A stretch of DNA of 64,000 nucleotides from Treponema sp. (lineage in GTDB: Bacteria > Spirochaetota > Spirochaetia > Treponematales > Breznakiellaceae), in assembly GCA_009781635.1 (NCBI GenBank), contig WQXU01000005.1, forward strand, positions 13,443 through 77,442, in the 5' to 3' direction. How positions within the stretch are numbered: position 1 is the stretch's first letter; the number at the start of each line of letters is the position of its first letter. Below, in pieces: positions 1 through 9,020 of the stretch. The position numbers and the translations under genes are program-made. Below the pieces are notes generated by a model, which ran no database searches, was not told the DNA's origin, and saw only the letters and a list, made by a program, of their open reading frames with translations.

Positions 1-519
1 CCGAAATATTTCAGGCTCTTCCCCGGCAATTCTGTGCGTCTGCGTTATGCTTATATTATTACCTGCACGGGCTTTGAAAAAGATCCGGACGGCAATATCA
101 CAGTAGTGCGCTGCACCTACGATCCTGAAACAAGAGGCGGCAATGCCGGAAACAGCGCTTCCCCGGATGCCCGCAAAGTTAAGGGCACAATACACTGGGT
201 TTCTGCAGCGCATTGTGTTCCCATGGAAACCCGCATTTACGACTATATGTTTAACACTGAACGCCCAATGGAAATTGCGCCCCGCGCTGACGGTTCTCCC
301 GGCGAGTTTACCGACAATTTTAATCACAATTCGCTGGAAGTAATAACTGACGCATGGGGAGAACCTGCAATTGCAAATGGCGCGCCGGGGCAGGTGTTTC
401 AGTTTGAACGCCTTGGATATTTTGCCCGCGATCCGGACTCCGGCGCTGACGGACGGCCTGTTTTTAATAAAACAGTCGGCCTTCGTGATACCTGGGGAAA
501 AATTGCAAAAAAGTTTTAA
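1..519 (+). CDS. glnS: glutaminyl-tRNA synthetase, C-terminal fragment (5-prime end lies outside the window)
   Basis: The frame is open from base 1 with no start in the window. Translation PKYFRLFPGNSVRLRYAYIITC...KVKGTIHWVSA...FQFERLGYFARD matches the class I GlnRS anticodon-binding C-terminus. Confidence 0.85.
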   Translation, partial: PKYFRLFPGNSVRLRYAYIITCTGFEKDPDGNITVVRCTYDPETRGGNAGNSASPDARKVKGTIHWVSAAHCVPMETRIYDYMFNTERPMEIAPRADGSPGEFTDNFNHNSLEVITDAWGEPAIANGAPGQVFQFERLGYFARDPDSGADGRPVFNKTVGLRDTWGKIAKKF

Positions 520-527
520 GTAATTTT

Positions 528-1283
528 TTAATCCCAGTTTCTAAGGGATTCTCTCATAAAATTATGGATATCAATTCCATAAACATCGCTAAGGACATTG
601 CTTTTTAAGACATCATCAATTTTTCCTGAGGCGGCTATTTTTCCTCTGTCAAGGACAACAGCCTTGTCTGCGAATTGCCATGCCAGATTTAAATCGTGAA
701 ATACGCCGATTAGAGTTTTGCCGTTTTCCTTAACCCACACTTTTAAAAAATTGATTAGTTCAATTTGATGTTTCAGATCGAGGTGATTTGCAGGTTCATC
801 AAGCAGGATCAGATCAGGATTCTGCGCGAGTGTTCTTGCCAGAAAGACCCTTTGCAATGTTCCGCCGGAAAGTTCGTTGATCATGGAATCCTTACTGTCC
901 CATATATCAAGTTTTTTTATTATTTCCTCAACTATGTTTTTATCTTCGGCGGAAAATATTTTAAAAATGCCTTTTGAATAGGCGTACCGGCCCATGAAAA
1001 CAGTTTCATAAACCGTATAAGGAAAATAAACCTGCGCGCTTTGGCTTAGCAATGCGATTTTTTTTGCAAGTTTTTTACGCGGCAAACAGGATATATCATC
1101 GCCGTTTACTGCAACAGTGCCCATGTAATCTATGATGTGCGCGATTGATTTAAGCAATGTGCTTTTGCCGCAGCCGTTCGGTCCGAGTATGCAGAGGATT
1201 TCACCTTTTTGCGCGCAAAAACTAATGTCGAATATAACATTTTTTTTATTATACCCGGCAGATAGTTCCTTAACAGTCAGCAT
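528..1283 (-). CDS. btuD: ABC transporter ATP-binding protein, FecE/BtuD type (last gene of the riboswitch-controlled operon)
   Basis: Walker A GPNGCGKST, ABC signature LSGGTLQR, Walker B LILLDEPANHLD. It lies 24 nt downstream of the permease gene on the same strand. The symbol rests on linkage to the B12 riboswitch. Confidence 0.8.
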   Translation of the reverse strand: MLTVKELSAGYNKKNVIFDISFCAQKGEILCILGPNGCGKSTLLKSIAHIIDYMGTVAVNGDDISCLPRKKLAKKIALLSQSAQVYFPYTVYETVFMGRYAYSKGIFKIFSAEDKNIVEEIIKKLDIWDSKDSMINELSGGTLQRVFLARTLAQNPDLILLDEPANHLDLKHQIELINFLKVWVKENGKTLIGVFHDLNLAWQFADKAVVLDRGKIAASGKIDDVLKSNVLSDVYGIDIHNFMRESLRNWD

Positions 1284-1307
1284 TTTTCAGTCCTCTTCCG
1301 GTTCTCA

Positions 1308-2342
1308 TTAAGTTTTCCTTCTTTTAAAATATATCCACGCAAAGAACGGCGCGCCTATAAGAGCGGTGATTGCGCCAACCGGAAGCTCTGACGGTGAAAT
1401 AACCGTTCTTGCAAGCAGGTCTGTCAGCACCATTAATGAACCGCCGAGGATGAATGACATTGGTATCAGATGTATATGGCGGGAACCGGTTATCCGGCGC
1501 GCTGCGTGAGGTGCAATTAAATCTACAAAGCCGATAACGCCGCTAAGAGCGACAGCAGCGCCTGTCAGCACTGCGCAAAATGCAAGCAGTTTTCTGCGTA
1601 AAGAGCCTGTTTCCACGCCGGCGGATTTTGCATGCTCATCGCCGTAACTTAAAATATCCATTTCCTTTGCGTAAAAAAGAATCCCTGCAGTTCCTATAAG
1701 CAGAAAGGGAAGCAGCAGCCCGACATAGCTCCAGCCTCTCATGGCGAAACTGCCCATCTGCCAGAGGATGATGCGCCTTAGATCATCTGAAAATACTGCG
1801 CTTAATGTTGTAAGCAAGGCGTTTAAAAAAAGCGAGAAGATCATGCCGCATAGGATTATCGTGTTATTCGACATTGACTTGTCAATGCCTGATGAAAAGG
1901 CGGAAACAAGCAAAACAGCGGCAAGCCCGAAAATAAAACCAATGAGAGGCAGGGAGAATCCGCCTAAAAAAGGAAGCGTAATCCCGCTTATAATAATAAT
2001 TCCCGCGCCAAGGGATGCGCCTGATGAGACGCCGAGAATATAGGGGGATGCAAGAGGGTTTCGTAAAATAGACTGGCAGACAACGCCGCTCATTGCAAGG
2101 CAGCCGCCTGCAAGAAAGGCAAGGAGTACGCGCGGCATGCGTAAAAGCCACACAATGGATACATTTACAGGATCGATATCTGAGGAGAGCGGCAGACGGA
2201 AAATTTTATGCAGCGTTATCTGCAATGTTTCGCCGGGGCTTATTGCGGAACTGCCTGATGATATTGCAAAAATCAGAATCAGCAGGGAAATAATTGTTCC
2301 GGCTAAAATACGTTTATTGTTACTCATGCGGATAATATGCAT
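1308..2342 (-). CDS. btuC: FecCD/BtuC-family ABC permease
   Basis: 344-aa multi-pass hydrophobic protein with FecCD-like stretches (LGVSSGASLGA, DLIAPHAARRITGSRH). It sits between the binding-protein and ATPase genes. Confidence 0.8.
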   Translation of the reverse strand: MHIIRMSNNKRILAGTIISLLILIFAISSGSSAISPGETLQITLHKIFRLPLSSDIDPVNVSIVWLLRMPRVLLAFLAGGCLAMSGVVCQSILRNPLASPYILGVSSGASLGAGIIIISGITLPFLGGFSLPLIGFIFGLAAVLLVSAFSSGIDKSMSNNTIILCGMIFSLFLNALLTTLSAVFSDDLRRIILWQMGSFAMRGWSYVGLLLPFLLIGTAGILFYAKEMDILSYGDEHAKSAGVETGSLRRKLLAFCAVLTGAAVALSGVIGFVDLIAPHAARRITGSRHIHLIPMSFILGGSLMVLTDLLARTVISPSELPVGAITALIGAPFFAWIYFKRRKT

Positions 2343-2351
2343 TTAATTAAA

Positions 2352-3284
2352 TTAATCAGTGTTAATCAAGAGGGGAGCCGGAGCATCAAACCCGGGATAC
2401 ACTGCCATTGCCATCTGCTGCAGTGCCTTAACAACGCGCGCAGAGGGCCGCGATGAAGAATCGTTATCAATCAGAAAAATACGGTTATTTATTACCGCAT
2501 TGATATGCTCAAAGCCAATGCGTTGCTTTATTTCATTAACAGGATCGTCAATATAATCTACATTGGTAAGAATTACATCGGGATTACGGTTAATGATAGT
2601 TTCTGCGCCCGGACTTACAAGCCAATTTTCATTTTCAAAAATATTGCGCGCGTTAATAATGCATATCATGTCGTTTATAAAGCTGTCTTTTCCAAAAGTC
2701 ATCATTAACGGAGCTGCGGATATTTCAAAATACACGCTTCTTTTATTTTCGGTATCAGCTGTTCTTTGCGTAATTTCCGCTATCTGCGCTTTCATTGTGC
2801 TTATAAGTTTTTTACCTTCATCTTCTGCATGCAGCAATTCTGCGATAAACTCAATATCTGTGTAAATATCATTTATGCTTTTACTCATGGAAATGTAAAC
2901 AACAGGGATTCCGGTTTCGCGCAGAAGGCGGAAAGGGTCCTCGCCGCTGCCTGTGGGGTTATGTCCGCTTGCGATTATTATATCAGGCTCCAGGCTGATT
3001 ATAACTTCTGCATCCGGGTAGAAGAAGTCAAGCAGCGGCAGATTGGCGGGAATGTCTTCAATGTTAGCTGAATGTCTGTCAACGGCAATCAGCTTATGCG
3101 CCAGCCCCAAATCTGTAATTATTTCTGTATTGGAGGGCGCTGTAGATACAATGCGGTTAATTTCATTTTTAATAATTACTGTTCTTCCGGTTCTGTCTTT
3201 TATTTCCCTCCCGCTTCCCGCTGTACAGCCTGATACAATAAGTATAAAAATTATCAGTGTGATTAAACCATTGTTTGCTTTCAT
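2352..3284 (-). CDS. btuF: periplasmic substrate-binding lipoprotein, class III (BtuF/FhuD-like)
   Basis: Signal peptide with lipobox IVSGC. IVSTAPSNTEIITDLGL..LIAVD is typical of PF01497-type binding proteins. Its start overlaps the receptor gene stop by 4 nt. Confidence 0.75.
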   Translation of the reverse strand: MKANNGLITLIIFILIVSGCTAGSGREIKDRTGRTVIIKNEINRIVSTAPSNTEIITDLGLAHKLIAVDRHSANIEDIPANLPLLDFFYPDAEVIISLEPDIIIASGHNPTGSGEDPFRLLRETGIPVVYISMSKSINDIYTDIEFIAELLHAEDEGKKLISTMKAQIAEITQRTADTENKRSVYFEISAAPLMMTFGKDSFINDMICIINARNIFENENWLVSPGAETIINRNPDVILTNVDYIDDPVNEIKQRIGFEHINAVINNRIFLIDNDSSSRPSARVVKALQQMAMAVYPGFDAPAPLLINTD

Positions 3285-5242
3285 TTTACCTCCATTGCTG
3301 CGCGTATCCCCAGAGTTAATGTAGTTCCCGGCATGGGATAATCAAAAAAAGATTCGTAAGATGTGTTTAATATGTTTCGCAGAGCGCAGAATACTGTAAG
3401 ATTTTTTCCTGTTTTCTGATTGACGGAAGCATTCAGCAGAAAATGTGGTTTTAACGCCGTGTGATTTGCAATGTCATGGAAGCGCAGGCTTTCATAATGC
3501 CCGCTGACTGTTAACGCGCCGTTTTTCCAGCCAAGTTCCAGAGAGCCGCTTAATATATGTTCAGGATTATAAGGAATTCTTTTATTGGATGTAAATGTAT
3601 AATTATAACTTAACAGATAGCTTAATAAGTACCGGTGTGAAAATGTTGCCGTTACCTTATTAAAAGGGCCGCCGGAAAAAGGCATTCCGAATACAGCTTT
3701 ATTTTCCAGTCCGAAAAGAGCAGCCTCTCCGGCGTTCTCAGGACGCCAGATTCCTCCGCTCCCTGAAAACCAGTGAATGGAATCCCTAATCCATTGTGCA
3801 AAGAAAACGCTTTCCAGCTGAAGCAGTTTTGTTACGCGCCATGTTCCGCCGAGATCAGCGCCCCAGCCGTCTTCCGGACGCAGATTGGGATTGCCAATGC
3901 CGCCTCCGCCGCCCCAGTAAAGTTCTTCAAAGTCCGGGAATTTAAAATTGCGGAAATAATTATTTTTAAGCGCGAAATTTTCTGTAACATTCCACAAAAT
4001 TCCAAGTTTGGGTATTAGCGCAAAATTTCCCGAGCCTTCGCTTGTAAAAATAATTTTTGATGATGGAATTACCAGAAATGATTCCGCCGGTTTAATTTCG
4101 GCTGTCATGTAGAAACCGCTGTCGAACCGGCTGCGTTTTCCGGCGTCTGTCGAATCAAGATGGGTATAGCTGTAATCGGCGCCGCCTCTTAATGTAAAGC
4201 TGCCGCCTGAAAACCAGTTCCAGCGGTTTACCGCAGAAATGCTTAATTGATCATGAAGGGAAACCATGCCGTTAGGGGCTGTATATTCCCTTCTGTGAAA
4301 CTGGTATCCTGCCGAGAACTCCGTTGCCATGTCATCGCGGAAGGCACGCGGCATGTCAAATATAATGTTTTCACGGATGGCTAAATCGCGCTGATTTCCC
4401 GCATTGCCTGAAAAGCCGGAAGAGGGAAAATTTCTGTTGCCGTAATAAAAGCCGGATGAAAGAAGTATCCTTGAAAGATCGCGTAACTCCCATACAAGCG
4501 CCGCTGACGCTCCTGCATCACGGACTTCGTTATTGTCTTTCCGGCGCGGCCTGTCTGTGTAATCCAGAAAAATAAAATGATTATCCGCGCGGTTTGCAAA
4601 AACCTTAGTTGTCAGTGACAGCGCTTCTGCGCCGTATGCAGCGGACAGTGAATAATTCTGCGTGTCAAATAAATCTTCCCGGTGCGGTTCCTGCATTTCG
4701 CCGTTTCGATCACGGTATCTGCCCGGCATTGCTGATGTATTGGAAACAGAGGCCGCTAAACGAAGCCCCGGCTCCTGTTTTTTTATGGTTATAATGTTAA
4801 TTACACCCCCAAATGCGCCGGAAACATTGTATTTGGAATCCGCACCGCCGTAAATAACTTCGATACGTTCAATGGAATTCATATCGATCTGACTAATATC
4901 AAATTTACCGTCCAGTGATGAATTTACAGGCATTCCGTTAATTAAAACGGCAACACGTTTTGTGTCAAACCCGCGCAGATTGATACTGACATTATTTCCG
5001 TAAGCGCCGTGACGGATTACATTTAAACCAAGTGAATCCTGCAAAAGATAGGCAATATCAGCAGCGCCGCTGTGTTCAATCTGCTCTCTGTCTATAATAG
5101 CTATCTGCTGGCTGGTTTGTATTGTCCCTGTAACAGTGATGCCTTCATTATCTGTAAATAAAAAATCGTCATCTTCATAATCACTCAACGCGAAGACAGA
5201 AAGGGGGAGAAGAAGCAGGAATAGCGGCAGAAGAAATTTCAT
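3281..5242 (-). CDS. btuB: TonB-dependent outer-membrane receptor (BtuB-like)
   Basis: Signal peptide, plug-domain motifs (INLRGFD, IERIEVIYGG, GGVINIITIK) and a long beta-rich barrel region. It is the second gene downstream of a cobalamin riboswitch. Confidence 0.8.
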   Translation of the reverse strand: MKFLLPLFLLLLPLSVFALSDYEDDDFLFTDNEGITVTGTIQTSQQIAIIDREQIEHSGAADIAYLLQDSLGLNVIRHGAYGNNVSINLRGFDTKRVAVLINGMPVNSSLDGKFDISQIDMNSIERIEVIYGGADSKYNVSGAFGGVINIITIKKQEPGLRLAASVSNTSAMPGRYRDRNGEMQEPHREDLFDTQNYSLSAAYGAEALSLTTKVFANRADNHFIFLDYTDRPRRKDNNEVRDAGASAALVWELRDLSRILLSSGFYYGNRNFPSSGFSGNAGNQRDLAIRENIIFDMPRAFRDDMATEFSAGYQFHRREYTAPNGMVSLHDQLSISAVNRWNWFSGGSFTLRGGADYSYTHLDSTDAGKRSRFDSGFYMTAEIKPAESFLVIPSSKIIFTSEGSGNFALIPKLGILWNVTENFALKNNYFRNFKFPDFEELYWGGGGGIGNPNLRPEDGWGADLGGTWRVTKLLQLESVFFAQWIRDSIHWFSGSGGIWRPENAGEAALFGLENKAVFGMPFSGGPFNKVTATFSHRYLLSYLLSYNYTFTSNKRIPYNPEHILSGSLELGWKNGALTVSGHYESLRFHDIANHTALKPHFLLNASVNQKTGKNLTVFCALRNILNTSYESFFDYPMPGTTLTLGIRAAMEVK

Positions 5243-5766
5243 TTTGTATAAATACCTACTATGCTCCAGTCGATGTAATCGCCGGCCTTATCATTTGTAA
5301 ACTTCTCTTGAGCTTCTTCGGGAGTGCCGGCTAAAGCGTGATTCCATTCTTCATAAGCATCTGCCATCCTGACAGAATTAATTCCTAAATCTCTCCAGTA
5401 AAATGCTCCGTAACTGCCTGCATTGGAATGCTCTGTTGTAGGTTCTTCTCCCCAATCGCCGTATTTGGTGAACTGGATTATTAAAACTCCGTATGCAGAT
5501 GAAAAATCCGGAGAGTTTACTATTATTGCGTTATAACTGTCTGTATATTCAATAGTTTTATTTTCAGTATCGATTATTATTGTTGTTTCAAAATCCGGGT
5601 ATTCACCGCCGGGATCACGGTATATATTGATCCATACGCCGTGCAGATTTCCGGTACTATCCTCTGGTTCCATCTGACAGCCTGCAAAAAAAAGTACAAC
5701 GATAAAGACCGCTGCAAAAACCGGCGCATCCTTGCGCCTCTGCAGAAACAAATTCGAAAAACTCAT
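5239..5766 (-). CDS. small lipoprotein of unknown family, first gene of the B12-riboswitch operon
   Basis: I prefer the internal ATG at 5766 over the listed 5904 start. It gives MSFSNLFLQRRKDAPVFAAVFIVVLFFAGCQ, a signal peptide plus FAGC lipobox. The longer ORF would run into the riboswitch expression platform. There is a 4-nt overlap with the receptor gene. Confidence 0.6.
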   Translation of the reverse strand: MSFSNLFLQRRKDAPVFAAVFIVVLFFAGCQMEPEDSTGNLHGVWINIYRDPGGEYPDFETTIIIDTENKTIEYTDSYNAIIVNSPDFSSAYGVLIIQFTKYGDWGEEPTTEHSNAGSYGAFYWRDLGINSVRMADAYEEWNHALAGTPEEAQEKFTNDKAGDYIDWSIVGIYTK

Positions 5767-5883
5767 AAAACACTCCCTTTCAGGGAAAGACATGTATTGC
5801 CGTATCACTTTACAGACGAGAAAATTTTTCTTGACAGGTAAATTTGCATAGCACGGCTTTTCACAGGCTCTTCCTCGAAGCTT

Positions 5884-6050
5884 GGAAAAAATGACTGGCT
5901 CCAAAAGGAGCTGCCGTATACCAAAGTTTCCTGACTTATGGGCTGTTTTTCCATCGGTCTTCCCGGGGTTTCCCAGTGACCGTCAATGACGGAATCTTCC
6001 CAATTACAGTTACGGGTTAGCGGAGGATTTACACCCCACTTCCTTTGAAA
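5884..6050 (-). promoter_or_regulatory. cobalamin (B12) riboswitch with a short hairpin and T-run expression platform
   Basis: The reverse complement reads aaggaagtggggtgtaaatcctccgctaacccgtaactgtaa...gtcactgggaaaccccgggaagacc...agtcaggaaac. This shows the conserved GGTG..AATCC / CCCGC.ACTGTAA core and a B12-box-like element. It is followed by gctcc-tttt-ggagc and a T6 run (5884-5912). Confidence 0.8.
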
Positions 6051-6174
6051 TATACAATCACAGCCTATTGCATTTGAATTTTAAAATCAAGATGTTAAGA
6101 TAAATAATTTTGGTACAGCGCCAATCATTTTTACAAAGCTTCCAATTTGTATATTTTTATTATATAATTGGATT

Positions 6175-8327
6175 ATGATTCTTTGTAACATTGTGGCTGA
6201 AACGGGGAAGGCGCTGCCCCTTGGCGCATCGCTGACCCAAGAAGGCGTTAATTTCGCCATTTTTTCCAGACATGCCGCAACTGTTACACTCGTCTTGTTT
6301 GAATCTTCAGAACCAAACAGCCCCCGTGTGGAAATTCCGCTTGATAAAAGAGAGCATAAAACCGGAAATATCTGGCATTGTTTTATAAGGGATCTGAAAG
6401 CCGGAACCTGTTATCTCTACCGCGCTGATGGCCCGTATTTTCCGGAGAAGGGTCAGCGTTTCAATCCGCACAAAACTCTTTTGGACCCTATGCAAAGGCA
6501 TTAACAGATTTAAGTAAATGGGATTTCGGCAAGGCCGCAGGTTATGATCCGCATAAACCGGGACGTGATCTTACATACTCCTACGAAGATGATATTATGC
6601 ATCAGCCGCGGTGCATTGTAGTAGATGATTATTTTGACTGGCAGGGCGATACGCCTTTAAATTATCCGCTGCGCTTCAGTGTAATTTATGAAACGCATGT
6701 GAAGGGTTTAACCGCTCATCCCAATTCGGGCGTTGAGCATCCCGGAACATACCGGGGAGTAATCGAAAAAATACCCTTCTTTAAGGATTTGGGCGTAACA
6801 AGCCTTGAGTTTCTGCCTGTTCAGGAATTTAACGAAAATGAAATTATACGGGTATCTCCGCGCACAGGAAAAAAACTTACAAATTACTGGGGTTATTCAA
6901 CAGTATCATTTTTTGCACCGAAGGGTTCTTATGCCGCAGACAAGACTCCCGGAGGCCAGGTAAATGAATTTAAAGAGATGGTCAGGGAGCTTCACAAGGC
7001 GGGAATAGAAGTGATTCTTGACATTGTGTTTAACCACACTGCCGAGGGCAATGAACAGGGACCGACTTTCTCCTTCCGCGGACTGGACAATTCAATTTAT
7101 TATATCCTGAACGAAAACAGACGGTACTACCAGAATTATTCAGGCTGCGGAAACACTGTTAACTGCAACCATCCTGTTGTGCGCACATTCATCATGGACT
7201 GCCTGCGTTACTGGGTAATGGAAATGCATGTTGACGGTTTCCGTTTCGATTTGGGTTCGATCCTTGGACGCGATCAATCCGGGCGTATCATGGAAAATCC
7301 TCCCACACTGGAACAGATTGCAGAAGATCCGGTATTGAACTCCACAAAAATTATCGCCGAGGCATGGGATGCAGGCGGCGCGTATCAGGTTGGATGGTTC
7401 CCGGGCGGCCGCTGGGCGGAGTGGAATGATATGTACCGCGACAATGTGCGCAAATACTGGAGGGGAGATCCAAAGGAAACAAGGTATCTTGCAACGCGTA
7501 TTGCGGGCAGCTCGGATCTTTATCTGCGCGACGGACGCAAGCCTTTTCACTCAATCAATTTTGTTACGAGCCATGATGGTTTTACAATGCAGGATCTTGT
7601 TTCGTATAACAAAAAGCATAACGAAGATAACGGCGAAGAAAACTGGGACGGCAGCGACAATAATATAAGTTACAATTACGGCACAGAAGGTCCGACAAAA
7701 GATCCCATCGTTAAAAGCCTGCGCGAGAGGCAGATAAAAAACTTTATAGCTACCATGATGGTTTCACTGGGTACGCCGATGCTTCTGGGCGGTGATGAGT
7801 TTGGGCGCACTCAAAGCGGCAACAACAACGCATATTGCCAGGACAATGAAATTTCCTGGTACGACTGGTCTCTGCTTGAAAAAAATGCGGAACTGTACCG
7901 CTTCGTAAAGGAAATGATTGCCTTCAGGCTCAGTCATCCCGGTTTTATGCGTCCGGAGTTTTTCACCGGCAGAGGCGGCGCTTATAAGGCCATTCCTGAC
8001 ATAAGCTGGTTTGATGACAAGGGGCAGGTTCCCGATTGGGATGAGATTGGTCATTATCTTGCCCTTCGTCTTCTTGGCAGTAAGGCCGATACTCTGGCGG
8101 ACAAGGATGACAATGATTTTTATATAATGTTCAATTCGGATATCGAGCTTCAATCATTTACGCTTGCGGAACTTCCGCATAAAAAACACTGGTACCGCGT
8201 TGTTGATACAGGGCTGCCGTCTCCGGGCGATATTCTCCTGCCAGGAAACGAAGAGAAGCTTTCTTCACAGCGCGCCTATTCAGTTAAAGCCAGAAGTATT
8301 GTAATATTAATATCAAAAGAAGGGTAA
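6175..8327 (+). pseudogene. glgX: glycogen debranching enzyme (GH13 GlgX) interrupted by a 1-nt frameshift near 6487-6489
   Basis: ORF 6175-6504 ends ...FNPHKTLLDPMQRH*. The frame of ORF 6597-8327 is already open at 6489 and reads YAKALTDLSKWDFGK..., restoring the conserved LLDPYAKA junction. GH13 motifs DGFRFDL, EAWD and FVTSHDGFT are present downstream. Confidence 0.65.
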
Positions 8328-8408
8328 ACACCGGATTTCACCTAACAGCCTGCAGGTGATTAAACAGACATAAAAAACGGCATGTAAGCCGTATGTGTTG
8401 AGGTTAAT

Positions 8409-9020
8409 ATGGATGAAAGCAGTTTTATTTTTGGCGTCGATTTGGACGGCGTAGTCGGCGATTTTTACGGGGCTATCCGCAATATCGCGGCTGAATGGCT
8501 TAATAAACCTGTGGAAGAACTGACTTCCGATGTTTCTTTCGGTTTTGAAGAATGGGGTATAGACGAGTTCGGCGGATATGACAGGCTGCACAGGTTTGCA
8601 GTTACGCAGCGTAATATTTTCCGCGATATGCAGCCGATTGAAAATGCTCCCGCCATCCTGCGTAAACTTTCCAACATGAACATCCGCATCCGTATTATTA
8701 CACACAGGCTTTTTTTAAAATACTCGCATTGCACATCGATAACGCAAACCGTTGACTGGCTCGACAACTACGATATTCCCTATTGGGATATTTGTTTTAT
8801 GAAAGACAAGGGAGCTGTAGGCGCGCATGTTTATATTGATGATGCTCCTGTAAACATCATTAACCTGCGTAATCAGGGATGTAAAACAATTGTTTTCAAC
8901 AATTCCACAAACCGCGGCCTTCCAGGTCCGCGCGCAAGCGACTGGTTCGAGGTTGAAAAAATTGTAATGGAAGCCCGCGAGGAGTGGAGAACAGGCACGA
9001 TAGGTCTTTTTGGCATTTAA
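8409..9020 (+). CDS. HAD-superfamily 5-prime(3-prime)-deoxyribonucleotidase-like protein (NT5C family, tentative)
   Basis: N-terminal HAD motif I FGVDLDGVV and a C-terminal YIDD acidic motif. Size and layout resemble NT5C/YorS-type nucleotidases. Confidence 0.55.
   Translation: MDESSFIFGVDLDGVVGDFYGAIRNIAAEWLNKPVEELTSDVSFGFEEWGIDEFGGYDRLHRFAVTQRNIFRDMQPIENAPAILRKLSNMNIRIRIITHRLFLKYSHCTSITQTVDWLDNYDIPYWDICFMKDKGAVGAHVYIDDAPVNIINLRNQGCKTIVFNNSTNRGLPGPRASDWFEVEKIVMEAREEWRTGTIGLFGI

Noticed and set aside
5767-5904. N-terminal 46-codon extension of the ORF 5239-5904
   Set aside because: The extension has no signal-peptide logic and runs into the riboswitch expression platform. The internal ATG at 5766 yields a textbook lipoprotein signal peptide.
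6484-6492. Programmed -1 ribosomal frameshift in glgX
   Set aside because: There is no X XXY YYZ slippery heptamer and no obvious downstream stimulatory structure. A simple 1-nt indel, whether mutation or sequencing error, is more parsimonious.
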